From the NCBI GenBank assembly GCA_963760795.1, contig CAVXEP010000030.1, positions 32,001 through 96,000 on the forward strand: a DNA stretch of 64,000 nucleotides, read 5' to 3'. Shown here piece by piece: positions 20,231 through 29,474 of the stretch (position 1 is its first letter; every line of letters starts with the position of its first letter). This DNA comes from an uncultured delta proteobacterium (GTDB lineage Bacteria > Desulfobacterota > Binatia > UBA9968). The notes beneath the pieces are model-generated. The model ran no database searches, was not told where the DNA came from, and was given only the letters and a program-made list of their open reading frames with translations. Position numbers and translations under genes: made by a program.

Positions 20231-21142
20231 ATGGGTTTAGTCAAATCGACAGTGAAAGTATGGATCACCGCGCCAGTGCGCCTGGCCGTTGTGATCGGCA
20301 TTGTCGTGCAGGCGCTTGGTCTGCGAGCCGGCTGGCCACAAGAACCGCCTCAACCGCGACTCGACGAGGAAATCACCAAACAGGAAGAAATATTCCGCAA
20401 ACAGGGCGCCGATGTTCCCCGCGGCTACGTCACGAATCGGGGGCTCTCGGACTACGCGGAGCTTCTTCCCACCGGCTTCTGCGACGCCCTCGGCAGGCTG
20501 GGTAGCTCGGACCGTTGGCTGGATATCGGCGCGGGCGCCGGGCAGGCCATACTGGCCTACTACGCCCCCGAAAACGCCGCGGCGCCGGCTGAAAAATGCG
20601 TCCGGCCCGGCGCTAGGGCGCGCGCGGTCGCGCTGTCCATCGAGGACCGCCGGACCGACGAGTGGCGACAGCGAGCCACGAGCGTGGGCGATGACCGTAT
20701 ACGCTATCTCTCCGGCAGGCGCCTGCGGCAATATTCGCCCGAGGAGCTGGGAAAATTCCAGATTATTACCGACGTGTTCGGCGGCTTCACCTATACCGAA
20801 GACTTGTCCCAGTTCGTTGACAAGGTGCTGAGCTTGCTGGAGGTCGGCGCTGGCTTCTACACGTTGGTGCCAGGCGTGCACTTAGAGGATGGCAAGGATA
20901 GACTCGGCAGCTTTTACCTTACCGAACTGGAGAATGCCGCGGGCCGCCCCGAGAAAGTGTGCTCCTGGCTGAAAAAGACCGCCTGCGTGAAAGTCACCTG
21001 CGAGTCGAAGAGCGACTGGAAAAGGCCCACCGAGCTGATAAAAATCGAGAAGGTCTGCAGCGATGTCTCGGTCCCGCGCATGAAATTATTGGAATTCGTG
21101 GCGGGGTATCCTCCCGACAGGCGATTCCAACTGGACCGGTAG
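20231..21142 (+). CDS. Putatively secreted class I SAM-methyltransferase-fold protein, paralog 1
   Basis: Signal-peptide-like N-terminus; motif I WLDIGAGAG; ITDVFGGFTY; six Cys conserved with paralog 2. Confidence 0.65.
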   Translation: MGLVKSTVKVWITAPVRLAVVIGIVVQALGLRAGWPQEPPQPRLDEEITKQEEIFRKQGADVPRGYVTNRGLSDYAELLPTGFCDALGRLGSSDRWLDIGAGAGQAILAYYAPENAAAPAEKCVRPGARARAVALSIEDRRTDEWRQRATSVGDDRIRYLSGRRLRQYSPEELGKFQIITDVFGGFTYTEDLSQFVDKVLSLLEVGAGFYTLVPGVHLEDGKDRLGSFYLTELENAAGRPEKVCSWLKKTACVKVTCESKSDWKRPTELIKIEKVCSDVSVPRMKLLEFVAGYPPDRRFQLDR

Positions 21143-21208
21143 GAGTGATAAATCTTGGCTTACAGTTCACAAACCGGAAAGATCAATGACTGTCCAGTTG
21201 GATGGTTT

Positions 21209-21310
21209 TCAGGCTTCCCCAACGTCGCGGCGTATTTCAAGCCCATGCAGAAGCGTCCGAGTTTTAACAAGCCGCTTTCCTATGGGAAAGAAGTAAACGG
21301 CGGGTTTGCG
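21209..21310 (+). pseudogene. Duplicated 3' region of the GST gene (remnant 2)
   Basis: SGFPNVAAYFKPMQKRPSFNKPLSYGKEVNGGFA versus SGFPNVVAHFQRMQERPSVKKLIAYEKEINESFA (17887-17988). Confidence 0.82.
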
Positions 21311-21484
21311 ATAGTCGGCCAAAGCAACTATAGACTCTTGCCGATTCACGCTGTTGCCGGGACGCATAAAGAGCAAGCTCGAAAATTAAAAATTTCACGA
21401 TTCAAGACTGCTCAATTCGACAGTCAACAGCGGACTCATGCAACGGTCAGGCAACCCACAGTCGGTGACGGCATCGGAATCGCC

Positions 21485-22309
21485 ATGAAAACCAACCTGC
21501 TTTTGCTCGCGATTATTTATTTACTCGGTACCAGTAGTTTTGCCGCATCAAACCCTTTTGATGACGCAAGCGCTGCCTACGAGCGTGGCGACTATGTTCA
21601 GGGGATACAACTCTTTCGCCAGCTTGCCGCGAAGGGACACCAATGGGCGCAGAGGAGGCTGGGTTTGATATATGCAGAGGGGAAAGGCGTGCCGCAGGAT
21701 TATCAGGAGGCTGTAAAGTGGTTTCGCCTCGCGGCAGCGCAGGGAAATGTTCCGGCGCAGTATAGTCTGGGTCTGGCGTATGAGAAAGGGCAAGGCGTGC
21801 CGCAGGATTATCAGGAAGCCGTGAAGTGGTATCGCATCGCGGCGGCGCGGGAAGACGAATGGGCGCAGACGAGGCTGGGTTCGATATATGCAGAGGGGAA
21901 AAGCGTGCCGCAGGATTATCAGGAGGCTGTAAAGTGGTATCGCCTCGCGGCGGCACAGGGATACCCACCGGCACAATCCAGTCTGGGTCTGGCGTATGAA
22001 AAAGGGCAAGGCGTGCCGCAGGATTATCAGGAAGCCGCCAAGTGGTATCGCCTCGCGGCAGCGCAGGGAAACCAATTTGCGCAAATTAATCTCGGTGTGA
22101 TGCATACCAATGGCACAGGGGTGCGGCAGGACTTTGTGCGAGCCCATATGTGGTTTACCCTCGCTGCCGCAGCATTGAGCGGCGATGCTGGAGATACGGC
22201 GACAACGAATCGCGATGGAATTGCCGCAAAAATGACCGCCGAGCAGATTGCAACCGCGCAGGAGATGGCACGGCGCTGTCAGCAGTCTGAGCTTAAGAAC
22301 TGCGACTGA
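21485..22309 (+). CDS. Secreted Sel1-like repeat protein
   Basis: Signal peptide; tandem 36-aa repeats AQxxLGxxYxxGxGVPQDYQEAVKWYRLAAAQG; C-terminal KMTAEQIATAQEMA. Confidence 0.92.
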   Translation: MKTNLLLLAIIYLLGTSSFAASNPFDDASAAYERGDYVQGIQLFRQLAAKGHQWAQRRLGLIYAEGKGVPQDYQEAVKWFRLAAAQGNVPAQYSLGLAYEKGQGVPQDYQEAVKWYRIAAAREDEWAQTRLGSIYAEGKSVPQDYQEAVKWYRLAAAQGYPPAQSSLGLAYEKGQGVPQDYQEAAKWYRLAAAQGNQFAQINLGVMHTNGTGVRQDFVRAHMWFTLAAAALSGDAGDTATTNRDGIAAKMTAEQIATAQEMARRCQQSELKNCD

Positions 22310-22333
22310 AGCACCACCGAGTTGGGGGATGGC

Positions 22334-22375
22334 GCCATTAAGAACGGCAGGTTTTTCAACGCGAGGAGGAAATAA
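22334..22375 (+). pseudogene. Duplicated 3' end of the alpha/beta hydrolase gene 19272-20225
   Basis: AIKNGRFFNARRK* versus AIKNGTFFNARRK* (20184-20225), with the same 5-nt spacer to the next ATG. Confidence 0.85.
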
Positions 22376-22380
22376 TCATC

Positions 22381-23283
22381 ATGCGTTCAGGCAAATCGTC
22401 AGTGCTAGGATGGATGACCGTGGGAACAGGTGTAGCCGTTTTGATGATCCTGCGAGCGCTTGGTCCAGCAGCTGGCTGGGCACAGGAACCCGCTCAATCG
22501 CGGATTGAGGAGGAAACCTCGAAGCAGAAAAAAATCTATCAAAGCCGGGGCGCCGATGTTCCCGACGGCTACGTCACCAATCGAGGGCTCTCGAACTACG
22601 CGGGACTCCTTCCCTCCGGCTTCTGCGATACGCTCGGCAGGCTGGGCACCTCGGACCGATGGCTGGATATCGGCGCGGGTGCTGGGCAAGCAATACTCGA
22701 CTACTACGCACCCCCTGACGCCGCGGCGCCGGCGGAAAAGTGCGCCCGGCCCGGCGGTTTAGCGAGCGCAGTCGCGATATCCATAGAGGACCGCCGGACG
22801 GACGCGTGGCACCGGCTGGCCGCGAGCCTCGGCGAACGTATACGGTATCTCACCGGCAAGCTCCTGCGGAACTATTCGCCCGAGGAACTTGGAAAATTCC
22901 AGATTATTACCGATGTCTACGGCGGCTTCTCCTATACCGACGACTTGTCCCGGTTCATGGAAAAGGTGCTGAGCGTTCTCGAGGTCGGCGGTGGCTTCTA
23001 CACGATCGTGCAGTACGTGCATTTACAGGCTGCCAAGGACAGCCCCGCCACCTGGTATCAGACCGAGCTGGTGGATGCAGCCGGCCGCGGCGAGAAAATG
23101 TGCTCCTGGCTGAAGAAGACCTCCTGCGTGCAAGTCAGCTGCGAATCGAAGAGCGCCTGGGACCCGCCCACCGAGCAGATCAACATCCGGAAGGTTTGCA
23201 GCGACGTCTCTGTCCCGCGCATGAAGCTAGTGAAGTTCGAGGCGGGGAATCCTCCCAACCGGCGATTCCAACTTGAGCCGTAG
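22381..23283 (+). CDS. Putatively secreted class I SAM-methyltransferase-fold protein, paralog 2
   Basis: Full-length homolog of 20231-21142; signal cleavage site AGWA-QE; WLDIGAGAG. Confidence 0.65.
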   Translation: MRSGKSSVLGWMTVGTGVAVLMILRALGPAAGWAQEPAQSRIEEETSKQKKIYQSRGADVPDGYVTNRGLSNYAGLLPSGFCDTLGRLGTSDRWLDIGAGAGQAILDYYAPPDAAAPAEKCARPGGLASAVAISIEDRRTDAWHRLAASLGERIRYLTGKLLRNYSPEELGKFQIITDVYGGFSYTDDLSRFMEKVLSVLEVGGGFYTIVQYVHLQAAKDSPATWYQTELVDAAGRGEKMCSWLKKTSCVQVSCESKSAWDPPTEQINIRKVCSDVSVPRMKLVKFEAGNPPNRRFQLEP

Positions 23284-23502
23284 GGATTGTGGAGTTGAAT
23301 TCACAGCGGCAGTGGGTAATGAACAAAACAAGTAGCTGGAAAGTCTAGAAGTAGATTGCTATGTCACCCCCCCGACGTCTCCGCGCCGAACTGGCAATTT
23401 CGTTTAACATTGCTCGGAGGGCTGGTGATTTTGTTGGGAATCATTGCTTGACGGGGGGTCTTGTGACTTGTGCCCGGGTCGCAAAAAAAAGCGTGATTTT
23501 AA

Positions 23503-23532
23503 TTGACATGCTCGCACAGAGCGATTAAGAAT
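23503..23532 (+). promoter_or_regulatory. Putative sigma-70 promoter
   Basis: TTGACA-N17-TAAGAA upstream of the outer-membrane protein gene. Confidence 0.45.
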
Positions 23533-23566
23533 AAGCGGTAAGAATTAGAACTGGGAGGAGAAAAAC

Positions 23567-24112
23567 GTGAGAAATAAAAGCATATCGTTGTTGGTTTGGA
23601 TCGGGTTGATTTTTGCTCTCTTAGTGCCGCTTTCGGTCGCAGCCCAGGAGCCCGCGCCCGAACAACGAAACGGCAAGTGGACGGCGGGCGCCGATATTGG
23701 CGTGATTTTCGCGACCGCCGACGATGAGATATTTGGCATGAACTATTACGGTGACTATTACTTCAATCAGAATGTTTCCATCGGGCCGCTTCTCCAATTC
23801 GGATTCTCTGGGGACCTCTTCCAGTTCGGTCCCAGCGCGCAGCTAAAATATACCATGGACATCGACAACCGCTGGAAGGCCCATGCTCAGGTCGGACTTG
23901 GGTTTATCTATGCCAACTTGAGACGCCCCGGTTCAAATAATAATCAGGATGACACGAGTATCCTGATGCCAATCGGAGGCGGTATAGAATACAAATTTAC
24001 CGACAGACTTTCGGCCGGCGGCACGGTGATTGCGAACATCATGGATCTCAATAGCGTTCGCGGCGAAAACTTTAGCCTCTCGTTTCTCGGCGGCATAAAA
24101 TGGCGTTTTTAA
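23567..24112 (+). CDS. Outer-membrane beta-barrel protein (OmpA/OmpW-like, about 8 strands)
   Basis: Signal peptide, alternating amphipathic strands, GGGIEYKF, C-terminal GGIKWRF ending in Phe. Confidence 0.8.
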   Translation: MRNKSISLLVWIGLIFALLVPLSVAAQEPAPEQRNGKWTAGADIGVIFATADDEIFGMNYYGDYYFNQNVSIGPLLQFGFSGDLFQFGPSAQLKYTMDIDNRWKAHAQVGLGFIYANLRRPGSNNNQDDTSILMPIGGGIEYKFTDRLSAGGTVIANIMDLNSVRGENFSLSFLGGIKWRF

Positions 24113-24124
24113 CGCGACGAGGTA

Positions 24125-24153
24125 AAATCCGGCGGGACCAGCCCGCCGGATTT
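24125..24153. terminator. Rho-independent terminator
   Basis: AAATCCGGCGGG-ACCAG-CCCGCCGGATTT immediately after the stop codon. Confidence 0.78.
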
Positions 24154-24396
24154 GCTTTCGCCTCGCGGGTCGGCGACGAATCAGCGCTCGAAGGTTGTAG
24201 CGAGATATCAACATCGGCGGCATCAGATCTTTAAAGTATTGACCGCCGTCATCGTACGCGCTGTTGAACTGTGCGGGTGGTGAACCAGGCACGGCCACGA
24301 CCGCCGTTTTGCCTCACCACAATACAGCGTCGGCTTGTCCGTCAAACCCGGGCTACCTCAACCTGACCTCTTTTCTTTTCGCCTTGGCGAACGGCA

Positions 24397-24659
24397 ATCA
24401 TCGGCTCAGCGAGCTGGGCCACAGCTTTCCAACCCCAAGAAACCACTGACTCTATCCCGACCACGCAGTGACCGGAAGCGGCTCGCGGAATGGCGGAACT
24501 TCCGCGTGCGAGGAACTCGAAGATGCGGGTCAGCACGAGCTGACGATCTGGTGCGCGCTTGCCGGCGCCATGTCTGACCTGGGCATGAAGCCGGAAGTTA
24601 TCGACTTCGTTGAGACTTTCACGCTGAACACTGATTCGTGCTTCGCGGTCTTCAGCTGA
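24397..24659 (+). pseudogene. 3' remnant of a LigB-like extradiol ring-cleavage dioxygenase
   Basis: Frameshifted IIGSASW.HSF.TP..H.LYPDH.SDRKRL...EELEDAGQHELTIWCALAGAMSDLGMKPEVIDFVETFTLNTDSCFAVFS*. Confidence 0.6.
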
Positions 24660-24794
24660 GCCCCTTCCCTACCGCTTATTGTCGCCGGCCGTGCTTTGGA
24701 GTAGCCCGCAATGACTGTTCCAAAGTATTCCATAAAAAAGTCTTAGTCAGAAGCAAAACTGAAGTTTGTCCTGTTTGTTTTCCCTCCAGCCAAT

Positions 24795-25391
24795 TCAAGG
24801 CCGCGCACCGGACACAGCAATCTTTGGACGGAACGGATGAAAGCTAAATTCGATTTCCCCCGCGCTCTGGTTGTCGTTGCGTTTCTGCCTGGTGATCTGG
24901 ACCGTGGCAAATTTGGGCTGAGCAGCGTTGATGAGATACACACTCATCTGGGTTAAATGCCGGTTCTCGAGCGTGAGCCTGTGGGGGCCGGCCGCGAGCG
25001 AGCTGGAGATTGCGGAGAATCCTATCTGAATTGTTCCCGCACCCGTGCGGAGTTCTGCAGGCGGGACGAATTCAGACGCGCTGAGCTGCAATTCTAACTT
25101 GCGCCCGTCTACACGGAGCGTGAGATCGCCCTTCAGCAACTTGGCATAGACTGCCGCTTCGCTCTTGGATATCGCGCCGTCGCGGTCGCGGTCAATCTGG
25201 GCGATCACCTGTTCAGCGACAGCCACGCCCGGCGTAAGGTTGATTTGCAGCCGGACGCCGCCCGGTTCGATGGCCACAAGTGTCGCTTGCAGATACTGGT
25301 CGTCCCGATGCGCGAAAACCCCGGACGGAACCGCAAGCAACGCGAGCAGCAGCAGCAGGTGGCAGAGTGTCCTGGTCACGGCTTGCGCCAT
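24795..25391 (-). CDS. Exported hypothetical protein (AHR.DxYLQAT type, EF-hand-like DRDRDGAIS)
   Basis: Signal peptide ending VFA-H; overlaps the 3' end of the DUF3500 gene. Confidence 0.65.
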   Translation of the reverse strand: MAQAVTRTLCHLLLLLALLAVPSGVFAHRDDQYLQATLVAIEPGGVRLQINLTPGVAVAEQVIAQIDRDRDGAISKSEAAVYAKLLKGDLTLRVDGRKLELQLSASEFVPPAELRTGAGTIQIGFSAISSSLAAGPHRLTLENRHLTQMSVYLINAAQPKFATVQITRQKRNDNQSAGEIEFSFHPFRPKIAVSGARP

Positions 25392-26399
25392 TTAATTCCG
25401 TAATCGTTGGTAGGATCGCGGTAAATCGTGTGGATGTGCTTTGTCGCGTCGCCGCCCAGGCGCTGTGGAGCGTATTCGATGATTACCGTCGGCCCTTGGA
25501 TGCGGAAATAAGCCGCGCTGCCTTTTTCACTTGGGCCGCTCCAAGCGAACCAGGTTTCGGCGATATTCTTTTTCATCTCGTCCATTTTCGTTTTCGCGGC
25601 AGCTTCGTGCATGATGCCGGTCCATTCGCTGGCGAGATCCAGCAACATCTGACGCTGCTTCTCGGTCAGGGCCGAGGCTTTGACCCCTTCAGGCTGAATC
25701 GTCTGCCCGTCACGGCCGGGCCCGAGTACCAGGTCGCGCATCTGGAAGTCAAGGATAGCCTGCTTGCGTTGCGCTTCGTTCAGCGAACTAAGCAGGGCAA
25801 ACGCCTTGTCCGTCTCGCGACCAAGGGGGCGCACCGTTTTGCCTTCGAGTTCGTAAATCGCCGGTTGCGCGCCGGTGTGGCTGGGCGCGAGTGTGCGTTG
25901 GTCGCCGGCAAGCGTGACGTTGAGGCCGAGATGGTGGCCGCCGAACTGAATCATCCACGGCTCGGTGGTGGAAGGCTGGCCGAGGAACGAGAGATAATAT
26001 TCTTCGCGCCCAAAAATCGCCTCGCCGCTCGATTTTCTCAACAACTCGTCGGCCTCGACAATCTGCAGAATTTTAACGTAGCCCTGCGGACTCAAGGCCG
26101 CTGCCAACACCGCCAGCGCCGCCTCGCGCTGGGGTTTTGTCAGGTCGCCCATGCGCAACCCCTGCCGTTTGAAGATTGCCGTCGGAAGATTCGACCAGCG
26201 CTTGCGTTGCGCTTCGTCTTTGAATTCAAAGACGACCTTGCCACGCTGGGCATCATCAAGCGTGGCGAGGAATTTTTTGCGTGGCTGCGACGATACCCGC
26301 GGTCGGCGCGCCGGGTGTAGAGTTCGTCTGGGCAAAGCTGTTGAGCGCAACGCCAGCGCCAAATAACAGAATCAAAACCAGCGCAATCTTTTTGTTCAT
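25376..26399 (-). CDS. DUF3500 domain protein (1-nt frameshift in an A6 run near 26273-26278)
   Basis: WSNLP, W.IQFGGHHLGLN, YFRIQGP, HIHTIYRDPTNDYG; the signal peptide MNKKIALVLILL starts at 26399 in another frame. Confidence 0.8.
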
Positions 26400-26686
26400 G
26401 GTTAAATTGAAACTTAGTCCCGGCCACGGGGCTTTAGATTATAGTAAGGTTTCCGCATTCGTTATAAACGATCCGCTTGACGCCATTGGCGCTGAAGCGT
26501 TTGGATTCCAGTCGACGGATTTGTCGGCTGAACGAGTGGGACCAGCCTTAACACTCGTTTACCCACACATTTAACGAATTCGTAGAACGTTAAGATTACA
26601 AGTCCAGACCCCAATTACGATTACGTATTTGTGCCTACAGTTGCCATCATTCCTGCCATGCCGGCTTTTCGTCGTTGAACTAACTT

Positions 26687-27850
26687 TTATTGAATGCCCG
26701 GTCGTCCGGCGTAGCGCGCCGTCACCGCCTTCACGCGCGGATCGCCGGCGACCGCGAGCCGCCCGCGGTCATGCAACACGTTGCTGCCGACCTTGAACGT
26801 CGCGCCGCGCGCTTCCGCCGCCGTGTGCAGATTGAACGGAAACGAAGCACTCTTGCCCGCCTGCCCGAGGTGCATGTGCACCGCACCGGTGTGGAACGAG
26901 GCGACGAATTCGCGATATTCCTCATCCGGGCACTGCGCGGGTGACACGATCGCGTGCGGATGCACGCCGCCGTGAGGTCCCCGGATTTCGAACGCGTTCT
27001 TCTCCCCGACGCGCCGCGCGAGAGCTTCGAGGAATCCACAAATGGCTGTCGCTTCCGCGCCTCCCTCGATCTTCGTCATCTGATTGTCTTCAACCGAGAT
27101 GCGCACCGGCGCAGAGAAACGAACCGGCACCCCGATCTCTTTCGCCCAGACCGGCATCATCTGATCGAACACATAGATGCCGGTCGTCCCGACAGGATTC
27201 ACCGCCGGATAGATGCCGTCCGGGAACGGACGATAGTAACCGTCGCGACGCCAGTAGGCGTAGCCTTCGCCGCCACGCCCCGGCGACCCGACCTTGCCTT
27301 CCAGATGTGTGCCGTTGGGATGGTTTAGACTCCATGTTTCGTCTGGCTTGATCAGTTCCGCCATGCGGTAGCGGATCTCGGCGATGAGATCGTGCGGCGT
27401 GCGCGCCCAGTCGCTCATAATTAGACCCGTCGTGGTCGCCATATTGCGGACCATCGGCAGCTTCAGCTCCTTGAGAAGCTCCGGAAATTCCTTGAGGTGT
27501 TCTTCGGACGAGAGATCGCTGATGTGATTGATCAGCAGATCGGCGCCCCTCATCGCCGCCTTGACGATCGGCGGAATCTTCCAGGCCGTCTCCGGCGTCG
27601 GAATATCCGGCCAGATCACATTCGGCCGGCTCGGCATGTCCACCCATAGCACGCTGGGATGCGCGCCGCGCGCCTGCACTCCCGACTGAATCCATGCGAT
27701 TGTCTGTTCGTCAACGAGATTGCGGCCGCCGTGCAGGCCATCGACCGCCGCGAGAATCAGCACGTTCTGGCCCGGCTTCACAACCGCGCAACAATCCAGC
27801 ATATCGTTGATCGCGACTGCGGCGTCCGCCGGCATGTAAGCGATGGACAT
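26687..27850 (-). CDS. Peptidase M29/NicX-like metalloprotein
   Basis: C.VVKPGQNVLI, GTHLEG, FPDG, P.RISVEDNQMTKIEGG.EA, HGGVHP, HMHLG, LH...RGATFKVG..VLHDRGRL. Confidence 0.6.
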   Translation of the reverse strand: MSIAYMPADAAVAINDMLDCCAVVKPGQNVLILAAVDGLHGGRNLVDEQTIAWIQSGVQARGAHPSVLWVDMPSRPNVIWPDIPTPETAWKIPPIVKAAMRGADLLINHISDLSSEEHLKEFPELLKELKLPMVRNMATTTGLIMSDWARTPHDLIAEIRYRMAELIKPDETWSLNHPNGTHLEGKVGSPGRGGEGYAYWRRDGYYRPFPDGIYPAVNPVGTTGIYVFDQMMPVWAKEIGVPVRFSAPVRISVEDNQMTKIEGGAEATAICGFLEALARRVGEKNAFEIRGPHGGVHPHAIVSPAQCPDEEYREFVASFHTGAVHMHLGQAGKSASFPFNLHTAAEARGATFKVGSNVLHDRGRLAVAGDPRVKAVTARYAGRPGIQ

Positions 27851-27875
27851 GGCATTCCTCCCGAAACTGTTGGCG

Positions 27876-28634
27876 CTATCTGGCGCGCAGTCTTCCTGTT
27901 GTTGCGCCGCCGTCGAGAACGAGCGTCGCGCCTGTCATATATCGTCCGGCGTTTGACGCGAGAAAGGCGACCATTTCGGCCACATCACTTGGCTTGCCGT
28001 GGTAGCCCATCGGAATGTTTGGCGCCTCCGCTTCAGGATCGGCCCCGGCTCGATGACGGATCGATCCGGGTGCGATGCAATTGACAGTGATCCCGTAGCG
28101 ACCGACTTCGAGTGACAGGGCGCGCGTCAGCATGGCCACTGCCGCTTTCGAAGCCGCATAGGCGGCGCCGGCCGCGTAAGGCGATACGCCACTGACTGAG
28201 CCGATGTTGACGATCGTGCCATAGCTCTGCTGCCGCATCGCCGGAATGGCCGCGCGGCAACAGAGCATCGTCCCGTCGACGTTCACCCGGAAGGTCTCTC
28301 GCCACGTGTCAAGCTTGTGCGTCTCGATCGTCTCCAGCGGATGATAGGCCGCGTTGTTGCACAGAAGATCGAGCGAGCCGAAGGCCTGCAAGGCGGCGTC
28401 GACGGCCGACGCCGCGCCCCGCTCGGAACCGATGTCGGCTTCGACGACCCGGACGCGATCGCCGAATTCCGCCAGCGCAGTCCGCGCACTTGCACAGGCC
28501 TGCGCATCGCGATCGACGGCGACGACTGAGCCGCCGAGCGCGAGAAAATGGCGGACGATCCCAAGTCCTATCCCCGACGCGCCACCCGTGACGACGCTCG
28601 AGCGCGGATGATCTGGAAGCTCGGCCCTACGCAT
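27876..28634 (-). CDS. Short-chain dehydrogenase/reductase (SDR)
   Basis: TGGASGIG, NNAA, catalytic YAASK, VNCIAPG. Confidence 0.92.
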   Translation of the reverse strand: MRRAELPDHPRSSVVTGGASGIGLGIVRHFLALGGSVVAVDRDAQACASARTALAEFGDRVRVVEADIGSERGAASAVDAALQAFGSLDLLCNNAAYHPLETIETHKLDTWRETFRVNVDGTMLCCRAAIPAMRQQSYGTIVNIGSVSGVSPYAAGAAYAASKAAVAMLTRALSLEVGRYGITVNCIAPGSIRHRAGADPEAEAPNIPMGYHGKPSDVAEMVAFLASNAGRYMTGATLVLDGGATTGRLRAR

Positions 28635-28640
28635 AGGCGG

Positions 28641-29420
28641 TTAGCTCAGCCGCGGCTGCGGCCACTTGAATCGGCCATCGAGGGTGGGCGGGGTGAGGCC
28701 AGACGCCTCGTAGGCCCACACGCCGATCTGGTCAGACCAGATGCGGTTGACCGCCTGGCGATCGCGGATCGCCTGCAGGCAGGCGTCCTGCGTCTCCTTC
28801 GTGTCGGCGTACTTGGCCAGAATTTCGAGCGGCGCGTCGCCGTGACCGCCGTCGGACGAATCCGCCTCGTCGGCCGCATCCCAGTGTGCCAGAGCCTTGT
28901 CGTCAAGCTTCAGCTTGTCCCAGTTTTCGCGAGACGTGCGGGCGCGATCGCCGACCCGCTTGATCATCGCCTTGCCGCGGGCGACCTCGTTGCCAGCGAT
29001 GCTCGCGAAGGCTTCGAGCCAGGGGCGATAGCGGCTCACATATTCGCAATAGGTGATGCGCATCTTGGTGATCGGCGCGCCCTGATAGTTGTAGATGTAG
29101 TCGCGATCGAGGCCGAGCGCGACCGCGAAGTCGACCAGGCTTTCGTAATGGCCGGTGATGATCGTCGGATCGCGCACTTCCTCCACGAAGGCATTTTCGA
29201 TCAGATACTGCCGCACTTCGAGGATCGGGCAGTTGCCGGTGATGTTGGCCAGCCAGCGCGGAAAGTTCGCGGCGAACACGCAATGTTCGAGCGCGTAGAC
29301 GCGCGCTCCTTCGCGCGTCATGTGATCGGCGTTGTAGGTTTCGAGCAGGGTCGGCACGGTCCACCGCCCTTCCTCCAATACATCGAGAATGGCTTCCTTG
29401 AGCTGCTCTGCGCTACGCAT
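28641..29420 (-). CDS. Heme-oxygenase-like diiron protein (TenA/PqqC/CADD family)
   Basis: ENAFVEE...GH, F..ALGL, GNE, EAD....GH ligand pattern; AGGAGG RBS. Confidence 0.72.
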   Translation of the reverse strand: MRSAEQLKEAILDVLEEGRWTVPTLLETYNADHMTREGARVYALEHCVFAANFPRWLANITGNCPILEVRQYLIENAFVEEVRDPTIITGHYESLVDFAVALGLDRDYIYNYQGAPITKMRITYCEYVSRYRPWLEAFASIAGNEVARGKAMIKRVGDRARTSRENWDKLKLDDKALAHWDAADEADSSDGGHGDAPLEILAKYADTKETQDACLQAIRDRQAVNRIWSDQIGVWAYEASGLTPPTLDGRFKWPQPRLS

Positions 29421-29474
29421 ATAGCTTCCTCCTGGTAGGTACGCGCTGATTTCAAAAAATGACTCGTTATCGCA

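Noticed and set aside
21155-21484. 110-aa N-terminal extension of the Sel1 ORF in the track
   Set aside because: It is read-through of the GST remnant; the signal peptide begins at ATG 21485.
21630-22080. Regular 108-nt repeats
   Set aside because: They are the coding Sel1 repeats, not a CRISPR array; there are no unique spacers or cas genes.
25280-26320. 346-aa plus-strand ORF
   Set aside because: Antisense shadow of the DUF3500 gene with no recognisable motifs.
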